Shown here: piece after piece, positions 44,550-53,972 of the stretch
How the letters are laid out: each line of letters opens with the position of its first letter
Position numbering within the stretch: position 1 is the stretch's first letter
Assembly (NCBI GenBank): GCA_965214705.1
Contig: OZ243972.1
Span: 3,744,001-3,808,000 of the forward strand
Origin: Alphaproteobacteria bacterium
GTDB taxonomy: Bacteria; Pseudomonadota; Alphaproteobacteria; UBA828
Direction: 5' to 3'
DNA length: 64,000 bases
Position numbers and translations under genes: made by a program
The notes under the pieces: model-generated
What the model saw: only the letters and a program-made list of their open reading frames with translations
Told to the model about the DNA's origin: nothing
Databases searched by the model: none

Positions 44550-45814
44550 ACACCGCTTCCGCTCAGCCCGTCGATCGATCCACGGCCGCTTCGGCGCCGT
44601 TCGATGCCGAACGCGTGCGCGCGGATTTCCCGATCCTCTCGCGCAGCGTTCACGGCAAGCCGCTCACGTTTCTGGATAGCGGCGCCAGCGCCCAGAAGCC
44701 GCGCCAGGTCATCGATGCGATCTCGCGCTGCTACGAGGCGGAGTACGCCAACATCCATCGCGGCGTCTACGAGCTGAGCGCGAAGGCGACCGAGGCCTAT
44801 GAGGGCGCCCGCGCCAGGGTGCAGCGCTTCGTAAACGCGCGCTCGGCGAGCGAGATCGTCTTCACCAAGGGCACGACCGAGGCGATCAACCTGGTTGCCG
44901 CGAGCTGGGGCGGCGCCTTTCTCGGCGAAGGCGACGAGGTTTTGCTCTCGGTGCTGGAGCACCACGCCAACATCGTGCCGTGGCAGCTGCTGCGCGAGCG
45001 CACCGGCGTCGTGCTCAAGGTGGTGCTGACAGACGAGCGCGGCGCCTTTCCGCTCGACGCCTACGAAGCTCTGATCGGACCGCGCACCAAGCTGGTCGCG
45101 ATCACCCACGTCTCAAACGTGCTGGGCACCGTGGTCCCCGTCGCCGAGGTCGTGCGCATCGCCCATGCCAACGGCGCCAAGGTGCTGATCGACGGTGCCC
45201 AGGGGATCGTCCACCAACCCGTGGACGTGCAGGCGCTGGACGTGGATTTCTACTGTTTCTCGGGCCACAAGCTCTACGGGCCGAGCGGCATCGGCGTGCT
45301 CTACGGCAAGGAGGCGCTGCTGGCCGCCATGCCGCCCTACCAGGGCGGCGGCGACATGATCGAGCGAGTCACCTTCGAGCGCACCACCTTCGCCCCGCCG
45401 CCGGCGCGGTTCGAGGCCGGCACGCCGCCCATCGCAGGCACGGTCGGCCTTCATGCCGCGATCGACTATGTCGCGTCATTCGATCCGGCGGCCGTCGCCG
45501 CCCACGAGCACGACCTGCTCGCCTACGCGACCGAGCGGCTCAGCGCCCACAACAGCGTGCGCCTCTACGGCACGGCGCCGGGGAAAGCCGCCATCGTCTC
45601 CTTCACCATGGACGGCGTGCACCCCCACGACATCGGCACCATTCTCGACCGCGCGGGCGTCGCGGTCCGGGTCGGCCATCACTGCGCGCAGCCCTTGATG
45701 GATCACTTCGATATTGCCGGCACCGTGCGGGCCTCCTTCGGCCTCTACAACACGCGCGCCGACGTCGACCGGTTGATCGGCGGGCTCGACGAGGTGCGGG
45801 AGATCTTCGGCTGA
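44546..45814 (+). CDS. sufS: Cysteine desulfurase SufS
   Basis: FLDSGASAQKP, ANIHRG, FSGHKLYGP, FEAGTP, RVGHHCAQPL; GTGA overlap with sufD. Confidence 0.97.
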   Translation: MNTASAQPVDRSTAASAPFDAERVRADFPILSRSVHGKPLTFLDSGASAQKPRQVIDAISRCYEAEYANIHRGVYELSAKATEAYEGARARVQRFVNARSASEIVFTKGTTEAINLVAASWGGAFLGEGDEVLLSVLEHHANIVPWQLLRERTGVVLKVVLTDERGAFPLDAYEALIGPRTKLVAITHVSNVLGTVVPVAEVVRIAHANGAKVLIDGAQGIVHQPVDVQALDVDFYCFSGHKLYGPSGIGVLYGKEALLAAMPPYQGGGDMIERVTFERTTFAPPPARFEAGTPPIAGTVGLHAAIDYVASFDPAAVAAHEHDLLAYATERLSAHNSVRLYGTAPGKAAIVSFTMDGVHPHDIGTILDRAGVAVRVGHHCAQPLMDHFDIAGTVRASFGLYNTRADVDRLIGGLDEVREIFG

Positions 45815-46275
45815 TGTCCGAGCTGCGCGAGCTCTACCAGGAGGTGATCCTCGATCACGGCAAGTCGCCGCGCAATTTCGGCAGGCCGCCGGCGGTGACC
45901 GGCGAATCTCACGGCCACAACCCGCTCTGCGGTGACACGATCACAATCTACGTCGATGTGGCCAACGGCGTGGTCACCGACATCGGCTTCGAGGGCAGGG
46001 GCTGCGCCATCTCGATGGCGTCGGCCTCGATGATGACCGAGATGCTGCGCGGCAAGTCCCGCGACGAGGTGGAGGCGATGTTCGCCGAGTTCCACGCTCT
46101 GGTGGCGTCGACCGAGCCGGCCTGCGAGGCGGGCTTCGAAACGCCGGATCTGGACAAGCTGATCGTGCTCGCCGGCGTGCGGGAGTTCCCGATGCGGGTC
46201 AAGTGTGCGACGCTTCCCTGGCACACGATGAAGGCGGCGCTCGACGGCGAGGGCGAGGAGGTCACGACGGAATGA
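45814..46275 (+). CDS. sufU: SUF system NifU-family protein SufU
   Basis: LYQEVILDH, NPLCGD, GCAISMASAS, RVKCATLPWH. Confidence 0.95.
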   Translation: MSELRELYQEVILDHGKSPRNFGRPPAVTGESHGHNPLCGDTITIYVDVANGVVTDIGFEGRGCAISMASASMMTEMLRGKSRDEVEAMFAEFHALVASTEPACEAGFETPDLDKLIVLAGVREFPMRVKCATLPWHTMKAALDGEGEEVTTE

Positions 46276-46823
46276 TGAACCTGTTCCGCAAGAAGCGCCC
46301 GCCCGAGGCGGAGCCGGAGCCGGCCAATCCGCCCGAAGCGGTCGAGACAACTCCCGCGCCGCCTCCTTCGCCGGCAGCCGCGCCGCAGAGCTACGAGGCC
46401 TGGTCGCCGGACGGGCCGCCCGGCGCCATAGGCGGCGGCGGACTCGCGCCCCAGCTGGTCGAGGCCGCGCCCGAGGCGGCCGAGACCCTGCCGACCCCAC
46501 CGGGCTTAAGCCCCGAGCACCCGCTCGCAGGCCAGATCGCGCGGGCCTTGAGCTCGGTCTACGACCCGGAAATCCCGGTGGACATCTACCAGCTCGGCCT
46601 TGTCTACGACGTGGCCTTGAACGAGGCCAATGACGCCCGCATATCGATGACGTTGACGACGCCCGGCTGCCCTGTGGCCGGCAGCATGCCCAGCATGGTC
46701 GAGCACGCGGTTGCGACCATGGTGGAAGGGATTGGCGATGTGGAGGTGGACCTGGTGTGGGATCCGCCCTGGTCTCCGGACATGATGTCGGAGGCTGCCC
46801 AACTCGAACTCGGCTTCATGTAG
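46272..46823 (+). CDS. sufT: DUF59 Fe-S assembly factor (SufT-like) with Pro-rich N-extension
   Basis: VYDPEIPVDIYQLGLVY, MTLTTPGCPVA, LVWDPPW..DMMSE. Confidence 0.9.
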   Translation: MMNLFRKKRPPEAEPEPANPPEAVETTPAPPPSPAAAPQSYEAWSPDGPPGAIGGGGLAPQLVEAAPEAAETLPTPPGLSPEHPLAGQIARALSSVYDPEIPVDIYQLGLVYDVALNEANDARISMTLTTPGCPVAGSMPSMVEHAVATMVEGIGDVEVDLVWDPPWSPDMMSEAAQLELGFM

Positions 46824-46847
46824 CCGTCATCGGACGCGGAATTTGAG

Positions 46848-47192
46848 ATGAAGGACATTCTCACCATCAGCGAGCGCGCGGCAGAGCGCATCAACCACCT
46901 GATGTCGCTCCGGCCGGACGATGCCGAGCCCGCCGTCGGCATCAAGATCGGGGTCAGGAACGCCGGCTGCTCCGGCATGTCCTACACCATGGACTATGCG
47001 GAGGAGGTGCCGCCCACTGCCGAGGTGATCACGCAGCGGGGCGTGACAGTGGTGGTGGACCCGGCCGCGGTGATGTTTCTGATCGGTACAGAGCTCGACT
47101 TCAGCGAGGACAAGCTCAGTGCCACCTTCGTCTTCAACAACCCCAACGTCACCAGCACCTGCGGCTGCGGCGAGAGCTTTGCCGTCAACTGA
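46848..47192 (+). CDS. sufA: A-type Fe-S carrier (SufA/IscA, HesB family)
   Basis: GCSGMSY, F.F.NPN...CGCGESF. Confidence 0.93.
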   Translation: MKDILTISERAAERINHLMSLRPDDAEPAVGIKIGVRNAGCSGMSYTMDYAEEVPPTAEVITQRGVTVVVDPAAVMFLIGTELDFSEDKLSATFVFNNPNVTSTCGCGESFAVN

Positions 47193-47242
47193 GGCCGGGC
47201 CGGCGGCAAAGCAAGAAATTACAAAACGAACCCAATTTCGCG

Positions 47243-47255
47243 CAACTTATTGATT
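47243..47255 (-). promoter_or_regulatory. Perfect IHF consensus site downstream of tRNA-Pro
   Basis: Minus strand AATCAATAAGTTG matches WATCAANNNNTTR, inside an AT-rich patch. Confidence 0.6.
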
Positions 47256-47305
47256 TAGAACCAACTTATCACGTGCCGCAGGCCCTCATGTAGGGCCAGC
47301 GGTGC

Positions 47306-47382
47306 TGGTCGGGGTGGCCGGATTTGAACCGGCGACCCTCTGCTCCCAAAGCAGATGCGCTACCTGGCTGCGCCACACCCCG
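47306..47382 (-). tRNA. tRNA-Pro (anticodon TGG)
   Basis: CGGGGTG acceptor, TCTGC-TT-TGG-GA-GCAGA anticodon arm, GGTTCAAATCC T-arm, encoded CCA. Confidence 0.97.
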
Positions 47383-47444
47383 GACCGGTTCGGACTCCAG
47401 CGCGAGTCATAAAAGCCTCGCGACCAAGCCGCAAGCGCGCGCGG

Positions 47445-48194
47445 CTAACCCTGTTCCTTCGGTCGATCGGCTGAGGGCGCGGGGCTCTCGGCTTCCGGGT
47501 CTTCTTCGTCCTCTTCCACCTTAGCTCCGGGCCTGGCGTCGGGCGGGCTGACGATGCCGCCGGAGATCACGAGCTTGACGCCTTCCTCCACGGTCATATC
47601 CAGTGGGATACAGTCCTTTCGCGGTACGAACAGGAGGAAGCCGGAGGTCGGATTGGGCGTGGTCGGCAGGAACACGTTGACCATCTCCTCCTCCGTCACC
47701 CGTTGCACCTCGCCCCGCGTGGGGCTGGTGATGAAGCCGATGACCCAGATGCCCCGGCGCGGATACTCGATCAGCACGACTTCGCGAAAGGCGTTGGCGG
47801 ACTGCGCCAGGACCGCGTCGAAGATCTGCTTGAGCACGCCATAGATCGTGCGCACCACAGGCACGCGGGCGACCAGGCTTTCGCCGAAGCGGACCAGGAA
47901 GCGGCCGGCAACGTTGGCGAACAATGCACCGACCAGCGTGACCAGGATGAGCACGATCACGATGCCGACGCCGGGCACGTTCCGGCCCAGGACGTCCGAC
48001 GGGTTGTAGGCGTCGGGGATGAGCGGAACGACCGCGCGGTCGAAGAGATCGACCACCAGCCAGAGCAGCCACAAGGTGATGCCGATCGGCGCGGTGACGA
48101 CGACGCCGGTAAAGAAGTACGTCCTGAGGCGTGCGAAGAGGCCGCGCCTACGCGGCGGCTGGATGAGGCGAGGCGGCGGCGTGCTCTCGTTCAT
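47445..48194 (-). CDS. DUF502 family membrane protein
   Basis: LRTYFFTG...API.IT, PG.G, VLIEYPRRG.W.IGF.T, VFLPTTPNPTSGFL, VISGG. Confidence 0.93.
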   Translation of the reverse strand: MNESTPPPRLIQPPRRRGLFARLRTYFFTGVVVTAPIGITLWLLWLVVDLFDRAVVPLIPDAYNPSDVLGRNVPGVGIVIVLILVTLVGALFANVAGRFLVRFGESLVARVPVVRTIYGVLKQIFDAVLAQSANAFREVVLIEYPRRGIWVIGFITSPTRGEVQRVTEEEMVNVFLPTTPNPTSGFLLFVPRKDCIPLDMTVEEGVKLVISGGIVSPPDARPGAKVEEDEEDPEAESPAPSADRPKEQG

Positions 48195-48484
48195 CTCGGG
48201 AGGTGACGCCGGCGCCCCGGCCTATCGGGGTGATCGAGCGTTCTCGTCATGATCCCGCGGCCCCGCTTGTACAGTTCCCTGTGTACCTGCCGCTCAGCGT
48301 CGTCGCCAGATTATTCGTTGTGGGGCAACGCCGAGCTTGACGCGCTGTCCGACCGTCTGAGGCTGCTTGGCGGGGTGCGACGCGGCGCCTATCATGACGC
48401 CATACGGCGCGCCTTCGCGTGGCCGCCGGCGCGATTGAGCCCGCAAGCCGGCAGGGACCGCGCGCAGCCAGGGAGGAAGAGCCG

Positions 48485-49432
48485 ATGTCCAGACAACTCA
48501 CCGTCGCCGCGGCCCAAATGGGGCCCGTTGCGCGCGCCGAGACGCGCACGCACGTGGTCGACCGGCTGATCGCGATGTTGCGCGCCGCGCACCAGGCCGG
48601 CGCCACGCTCGTGGTCTTCCCGGAACTGGCACTCACCACCTTCTTTCCGCGTTGGGTCATCGACGATCCCGAAGAACTCGACAGCTACTTCGAGACCGAG
48701 ATGCCGAACAACGAGACCCAGCCGCTCTTCGCTGCCGCGCAGGAGCTCGGTGTCGGATTCCACCTCGGCTACGCTGAGATGGTCATCGAGGACGACGGTT
48801 CAAAGCGCTATTTCAATACCGCCATCATCGTCGACCGCGAGGGGCAGATCGCCGGGAAGTACCGCAAGGTCCATATCCCCGGACATGCCGAGCCGCAGCC
48901 CGACCAGGTGCATCAGCATCTCGAGAAGCGCTACTTCGAGCCCGGCGACTTGGGCTTCCCCGTGTTCCGCACCATGGACGGCGTGATGGGGATGTGCATC
49001 TGCAACGACCGGCGTTGGCCCGAGACCTACCGGGTGATGGGTCTCCAGGGCGTCGAGATGGTCATGCTCGGCTACAACACGCCGAGCACCAATCCCTTCG
49101 CCAAGGGGCAGGAGGCGCCGCATCTCGGCATGTTCCACAACCACCTCTCCATGCAGGCCGGCGCCTATCAGAACGGCACGTGGGTGGTCGCCTCTGCCAA
49201 GGCCGGCATGGAGGAGGGCATTCACCATATGGGCGGGAGCTGCATCATCGCGCCGACCGGTGAAATCGTGGCTCAGGCCCAGACCGAGGGCGACGAGGTC
49301 ATCGCCGCGCCGATCGACTTGGAGCGCGGAGTCTATATTCGGGAGACCATCTTCAATTTCGCCGCGCACCGGCGGATCGAGCACTACGGCCTCATCTCCA
49401 GCCAGACCGGCGTGGAGCCGCCGCCTGCCTAA
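48485..49432 (+). CDS. N-carbamoyl-D-amino acid hydrolase (nitrilase superfamily)
   Basis: AAAQMGP, FPELALTTFFPRW (E), YRKVH.PGH (K), CICNDRRWPE (C), HLEKRYF. Confidence 0.92.
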   Translation: MSRQLTVAAAQMGPVARAETRTHVVDRLIAMLRAAHQAGATLVVFPELALTTFFPRWVIDDPEELDSYFETEMPNNETQPLFAAAQELGVGFHLGYAEMVIEDDGSKRYFNTAIIVDREGQIAGKYRKVHIPGHAEPQPDQVHQHLEKRYFEPGDLGFPVFRTMDGVMGMCICNDRRWPETYRVMGLQGVEMVMLGYNTPSTNPFAKGQEAPHLGMFHNHLSMQAGAYQNGTWVVASAKAGMEEGIHHMGGSCIIAPTGEIVAQAQTEGDEVIAAPIDLERGVYIRETIFNFAAHRRIEHYGLISSQTGVEPPPA

Positions 49433-49440
49433 GGGCCGAT

Positions 49441-50412
49441 TCAGACGGTGAGGACGATCTTGCCGAAGTGCGCGTTGACGCGCATGTGAGCCTGCGCCTC
49501 CGCCGCCCGCTCCAGCGGGAAGGTGCGATCGATCGGCAGGCTGAGCGTGCCGTCTTCGACTGCCTCCCATAGATCGGCACGCATGGCAGCATTGATCGCG
49601 CGCACTTCATCCACTGAGCGGGTGCGGAAGGTCACGCCGATGTAGTCGATGCGCTTCAGCGCATGCAGGTCGAAGTCGAACTCGGCAGTGAAGCCGCCGA
49701 GGCGGCCCACGTTGACGATGCGCCCCAGCACCGCCGCCGCCTGCATGGTCTGATTGGCGAGGCTACCGGAGACCTGATCGATGGTGAGGTCCACGCCCTT
49801 GCCGCCGGTGACTTCCCGCGCATGCTCCACCCATTGGGGATCGCCGGGGTCCAGCACCACGTCCGCACCCACCTCGGCGAGGCGCGCGCGCCGGCCGGCA
49901 TCGCGCGAGGTGGCGAGCACGGTGCCGGCGCCCTTGAGGCGGGCGATCTGGATCGCCATGATCCCCACACCCGAGCTCGCGCCCTGAATTAGGACGGACT
50001 CTCCTGCGGCGAGGCGGCCGTTGGTGATGAGCGCGTCGTGCATGGTCTGGAGGGCGATGGGCAGCGTTGCCGCCTCGACCGGATTGGCCGCGGCCTTGGG
50101 CACGGGGCAGACCCGGCCCCAGTCGGTGACGGCGTACTCCGCATATCCCCCGGCGCCCGAGCACATGACGTGATCGCCCGGCCGGAACTCCGGCACTTCG
50201 GCGCCCACGGCTGCGACCTCGCCGGCCCATTCGAGGCCCGCGATCGCGCCCGCGCCGCCGAGAGACCCGTGGGGCCGCCCTGCCGCCATGATCAGGTCCG
50301 CCCGGTTCAAGCCGCTGGCGGCGACTTTTACCAGGACCTCGTTGGGCTTCGGTTCGGGCACCGGCACCTCGCGGAGCGCCAAACCCTCGCCGGTCAACAC
50401 CACTGCCTTCAT
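49441..50412 (-). CDS. NAD(P)H quinone oxidoreductase / MDR-family dehydrogenase
   Basis: SGLNRADL, GLEWAGEV, GGYAEY, IQGASSGVG, HFGKIVL. Confidence 0.9.
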   Translation of the reverse strand: MKAVVLTGEGLALREVPVPEPKPNEVLVKVAASGLNRADLIMAAGRPHGSLGGAGAIAGLEWAGEVAAVGAEVPEFRPGDHVMCSGAGGYAEYAVTDWGRVCPVPKAAANPVEAATLPIALQTMHDALITNGRLAAGESVLIQGASSGVGIMAIQIARLKGAGTVLATSRDAGRRARLAEVGADVVLDPGDPQWVEHAREVTGGKGVDLTIDQVSGSLANQTMQAAAVLGRIVNVGRLGGFTAEFDFDLHALKRIDYIGVTFRTRSVDEVRAINAAMRADLWEAVEDGTLSLPIDRTFPLERAAEAQAHMRVNAHFGKIVLTV

Positions 50413-50647
50413 TCGTCGTCTCCCATCAGCATGAGCCACGTTGGTTTGACGCCATCGCGAGCGGGTCTCGCACCGTGGAACGAATCGGAAAGGGCCGTCA
50501 GAGCGTATCTCTCTCCACAGTTCTTATACCCTGTGTTGCCTCCGTGCGCCGATGAGTCGCAGCGCTTGCAACGGAGTCATGCGCGACTTACCTAATCGAT
50601 GGTTGCCGGTTGGAGTTTCTCTTGGGATGCGAAGCCTGTGTCGCCGC

Positions 50648-53188
50648 ATGACGAGACTGGCCCAGGTCGCAATCCTAGTGTTGGCCGTCGCGGGGTTGGT
50701 CTCCGCGTGCGGCGGTGGGAGTGGCGACGCCAGCCCGCAGACAACGATCCCGCCCACGCCGGACCCTCCATCCACGCCGGATCCGCCGCTCGAGCCAGAC
50801 CCACCCCCCGAGCCGGCTCCACCACCCATGCCGGATCCACCCCCCGAGCCAGACCCGCCCCCCGAGCCAGACCCGCCACCTGAGCCAGACCCGCCGCCTA
50901 TACCGGAGCCGGAACCTCCGGTTGTCTCGCCGGCGTGCGTCGAGACCGTCATCGGGTGCCTGACACCGGAGAGCTATAGAGCGCAGCGCCAGACGATCGC
51001 GGACGCGCACAGCGGCGAGGAAGACTTCAAGAATCAGTGGGGCTTGAAGGCGATCCGGGCCGATCAAGCCTACGCTCAACTCGAGCTGGAGCAGGGTATC
51101 GGTCGGGCTCCCGGCAGCGGCCAGACGGTTGGCTTGATCGACACCGGGATCGATGCAGGACACCCGGTATTCGCCGGCAAGACGATAAGCGAACACATAT
51201 CCGGAAACGCACAGGACGAGACTGGCGAATCCTTCTCCCACGGTACTGCGGTCGCAAGCGTGATCGCGGCACGGCGGGGAGCAACGTTCAACTACGTCGG
51301 TGCGGAGCCCGCGCACGGAGTCGCCTGGGGCGCCGATATCGCGATGTTGGCCATACCGACCGGCGCAGGAGGCGGCACCTACGTTCCAGTTACCGTGACC
51401 GGACAAACCAGCGCTGACGATCGGTGGGCGTCCAGGCTCAGTCACATGACCGACTGGACGATTGGCGGACGTGCGCTCGATTTCGTCAACGTCAGCGTCG
51501 GGTATCACGGGATCGTCGACCAATACAGCGAGCAGGAAATTCGCGATAGCTTCGGCGCTTCGATTGCGGCGATCGCGCAGGCGGGTGTGGCCGACAAAAC
51601 GGTCTTTGTCTGGGCTGCTGGCAACGCGCACGGGGACCCGTGCTTAGCGACCGACTTCGCGAACAACCCGGACTTGTGCGTGAACGAGACGATCAACGCC
51701 AAGTCGGTCGAATTCATGCCCGGCTGGCCGGCGCGGATCGCCGAGTTGCGCGGGCACCTCATTTCCGTCGTGGCTGTCGCCCCAGACAGTGACATGGATG
51801 GCGACTACGAGATCGCCGACTTCTCCAATCGCTGCGGCATAGCCAAGGACTGGTGCATCGCTGCACCGGGCGAGGACGTCCGGGTGGCCTATTTCGGACC
51901 CTACGAGGGGACAGCGGGAGCGCGGCGCAACGGCACTGGCGGCGGAACATCGTTTGCCGCGCCTGTGGTGACGGGCGCGCTCGTGGTGATGAAGGATTAC
52001 TTCCGCGACGAGCTGTACAACACCGATCTCGTTGCGCGGCTTATGGCGACCGCCAACAAGGGCGGCATCTATGCCGACGCGGATGTCTACGGCCAGGGCT
52101 TGCTGGACCTCGCGGCAGCGACATCACCCGCCGGCACGCCCAGCATTGCACTCGAGCAGCGTGTGGAGGGCGTCGGCGTCAGTCTGGCGGCGACCGGGCT
52201 TGGGCTGGGCGACGCCCTCGGCGACGGACTAACGCGGGCGCTCGCCGGGAAAGAAGTGGCGGCCTTCGACGAACTCGGCGCGCCATTCTGGTACTCGCTC
52301 GGCTCTCTCACCGGAGCTGCGGAGGGCCCCTCTGCACGTGCGCGGTTGCGAAGCTTCATGTCGCCAGCGCACACGAGCGAGGAAGTCGGCTCATGGCGCC
52401 CCGTCCTGGGATCGGTCGAGAGGGACAATAGTGCCAGCGCCGCCGCCGGGCTACGGCTGGTCCTGACGGACGCGCCTCGGTTGGGGGATTACGGCGGGCA
52501 TCTCTCGCTTGCCGGGCGGGCGCTGGGATTGAGCACGGCGGGGCAGGCGGGACTCGTCGCTGCAGCCTTTTCGACAGAGGGCGTGGACGGGCGGGTGCCG
52601 GTTTCGGGGGCCACGCTCGCCTGGCGACCGGAAGGAGGAGCCCCTCTCGGCCTGCACGGCGGTCTGGTGGCCGAACGTCAGGGCCTTCTCGGCTCACGTG
52701 CGGTCGGCGCCTTCGGGCGCATGGCGGCTGCATCCGCCTTCGCCGGTGTCCAGGCGAGCGAGCAGGTCGGTGCGTGGCATCTCGGTGCCAACGCCGAGAT
52801 CGGTACGGTCAACGCGTCGGTGCGCGGCGGGCTGATCGGCGATATCTCACCGCTGACTACGAGCGCCTTCGCCCTCCACGCAGCGCGGTCCTTTGCCGAT
52901 GCGGGCACGCTCACTGTCTCGGTCTCGCAGCCGCTCCGCGTCGAGGCGGGCAAGGCCCGTCTTGCAGTCCCGATCGGTCGCACGAAGGATGGTTACGTGC
53001 GCCGCAGTTCGGTGACGGCCGATCTGGTGCCCACAGGCCGGCAGATCGAACTCGCGGCTCAGTGGCGGCAGGCGCTCGCGACGGGCGGCGAGCTGCGCCT
53101 CGGCGCGGCCTGGACCCGCCATCCGGGGCACGCCGCTGTGGCGGACCCCGATATCACGTTGCTGGCAGGTTGGCGGCAGACCTTCTGA
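50648..53188 (+). CDS. Lipoprotein subtilisin-like (S8) serine protease with C-terminal beta-barrel-like domain
   Basis: Lipobox VSAC-GGG; catalytic IDTGID, SHGTAVAS, AAGN, GTSFAAP; YGQGLLD; C-terminus LLAGWRQTF. Confidence 0.88.
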   Translation: MTRLAQVAILVLAVAGLVSACGGGSGDASPQTTIPPTPDPPSTPDPPLEPDPPPEPAPPPMPDPPPEPDPPPEPDPPPEPDPPPIPEPEPPVVSPACVETVIGCLTPESYRAQRQTIADAHSGEEDFKNQWGLKAIRADQAYAQLELEQGIGRAPGSGQTVGLIDTGIDAGHPVFAGKTISEHISGNAQDETGESFSHGTAVASVIAARRGATFNYVGAEPAHGVAWGADIAMLAIPTGAGGGTYVPVTVTGQTSADDRWASRLSHMTDWTIGGRALDFVNVSVGYHGIVDQYSEQEIRDSFGASIAAIAQAGVADKTVFVWAAGNAHGDPCLATDFANNPDLCVNETINAKSVEFMPGWPARIAELRGHLISVVAVAPDSDMDGDYEIADFSNRCGIAKDWCIAAPGEDVRVAYFGPYEGTAGARRNGTGGGTSFAAPVVTGALVVMKDYFRDELYNTDLVARLMATANKGGIYADADVYGQGLLDLAAATSPAGTPSIALEQRVEGVGVSLAATGLGLGDALGDGLTRALAGKEVAAFDELGAPFWYSLGSLTGAAEGPSARARLRSFMSPAHTSEEVGSWRPVLGSVERDNSASAAAGLRLVLTDAPRLGDYGGHLSLAGRALGLSTAGQAGLVAAAFSTEGVDGRVPVSGATLAWRPEGGAPLGLHGGLVAERQGLLGSRAVGAFGRMAAASAFAGVQASEQVGAWHLGANAEIGTVNASVRGGLIGDISPLTTSAFALHAARSFADAGTLTVSVSQPLRVEAGKARLAVPIGRTKDGYVRRSSVTADLVPTGRQIELAAQWRQALATGGELRLGAAWTRHPGHAAVADPDITLLAGWRQTF
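50750..50911 (+). repeat. Nine 18-bp degenerate tandem repeats encoding a PPEPDP-type linker
   Basis: PPTPDP PSTPDP PLEPDP PPEPAP PPMPDP PPEPDP PPEPDP PPEPDP PPIPEP. Confidence 0.9.
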
Positions 53189-53428
53189 CGTGAATTTGAG
53201 TCAGTTGAATGGACGCATCGCCACCCGAGAGGGCATAGCATGTCGTGCCGTTGCGCTGGTCAGCGGCGTGCTGCTGACCGGCTGCGACAGTTCAATGACA
53301 GTGCCGCGATGGTGCTATAACGATTCGGTAACCGTTGACGCTTTTCATGGTCATGCTCAAACTTTCGTCGTCGAGTCGTTATTCGCGATAATCGGTATCG
53401 AACCCCAAGAGTGAAATGGGAGCGAGCA

Positions 53429-53704
53429 ATGAACAAGGCTGAGCTGATCAGGGCTGTCGCAAGCGACGCGGACATTTCCAACGCCGACGCTGCGCGCGCG
53501 GTGGACAGTGTGTTCGGCGCCATTACCGACACGCTGCGGAGCGGCTCCGACGTCAGGCTGGCGGGGTTTGGTTCGTTCAGCGTCGTCGAACGGAAGGCCA
53601 CGACCGGACGAAACCCCCGCACGGGCGAAACGATTGCGATCGCCGCCTCCAAGCAGCCGAAGTTCAAGGCCGGCAAGACGCTCAAGGACGCGGTCAACGC
53701 CTGA
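53429..53704 (+). CDS. hupB: Histone-like DNA-binding protein HU
   Basis: MNKAELI, GFGSF, GRNPRTGE, PKFKAGK.LKDAVN. Confidence 0.97.
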   Translation: MNKAELIRAVASDADISNADAARAVDSVFGAITDTLRSGSDVRLAGFGSFSVVERKATTGRNPRTGETIAIAASKQPKFKAGKTLKDAVNA

Positions 53705-53726
53705 TCGCTGTCCCGCCGGCTGGCGC

Positions 53727-53802
53727 GGGCGGTTAGCTCAGCTGGGAGAGCGCTTGGTTTACACCCAAGAGGTCGGCGGTTCGATCCCGTCACCGCCCAC
53801 CA
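53727..53802 (+). tRNA. tRNA-Val (anticodon TAC)
   Basis: GGGCGGT acceptor, CTTGG-TT-TAC-AC-CCAAG, GGTTCGATCC, ends ACCA. Confidence 0.97.
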
Positions 53803-53903
53803 GGCGTCGGTTGTTCCAGGAGCGCGAAGACGCGGAAGCTTAGCCGAGCAGGCCGGGCCTCGCAGTGCGCGGTCCCTTCTGTTCCCAACCTCAGCCAAGC
53901 AAC

Positions 53904-53932
53904 TTGACCCTGCCGGACCCCTGCTCTACATG
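53904..53932 (+). promoter_or_regulatory. Sigma70-type promoter for tRNA-Asp
   Basis: TTGACC, 17 nt, TACATG. Confidence 0.45.
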
Positions 53933-53972
53933 GTGACGGCCGGCGCGGCGACGGCTCGCCGTCGGATCTGTC

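Noticed and set aside
50750-50911. Tandem repeats as a CRISPR array
   Set aside because: In-frame 18-bp coding repeats with no spacers; no cas genes or repeat-spacer array seen anywhere in the window.
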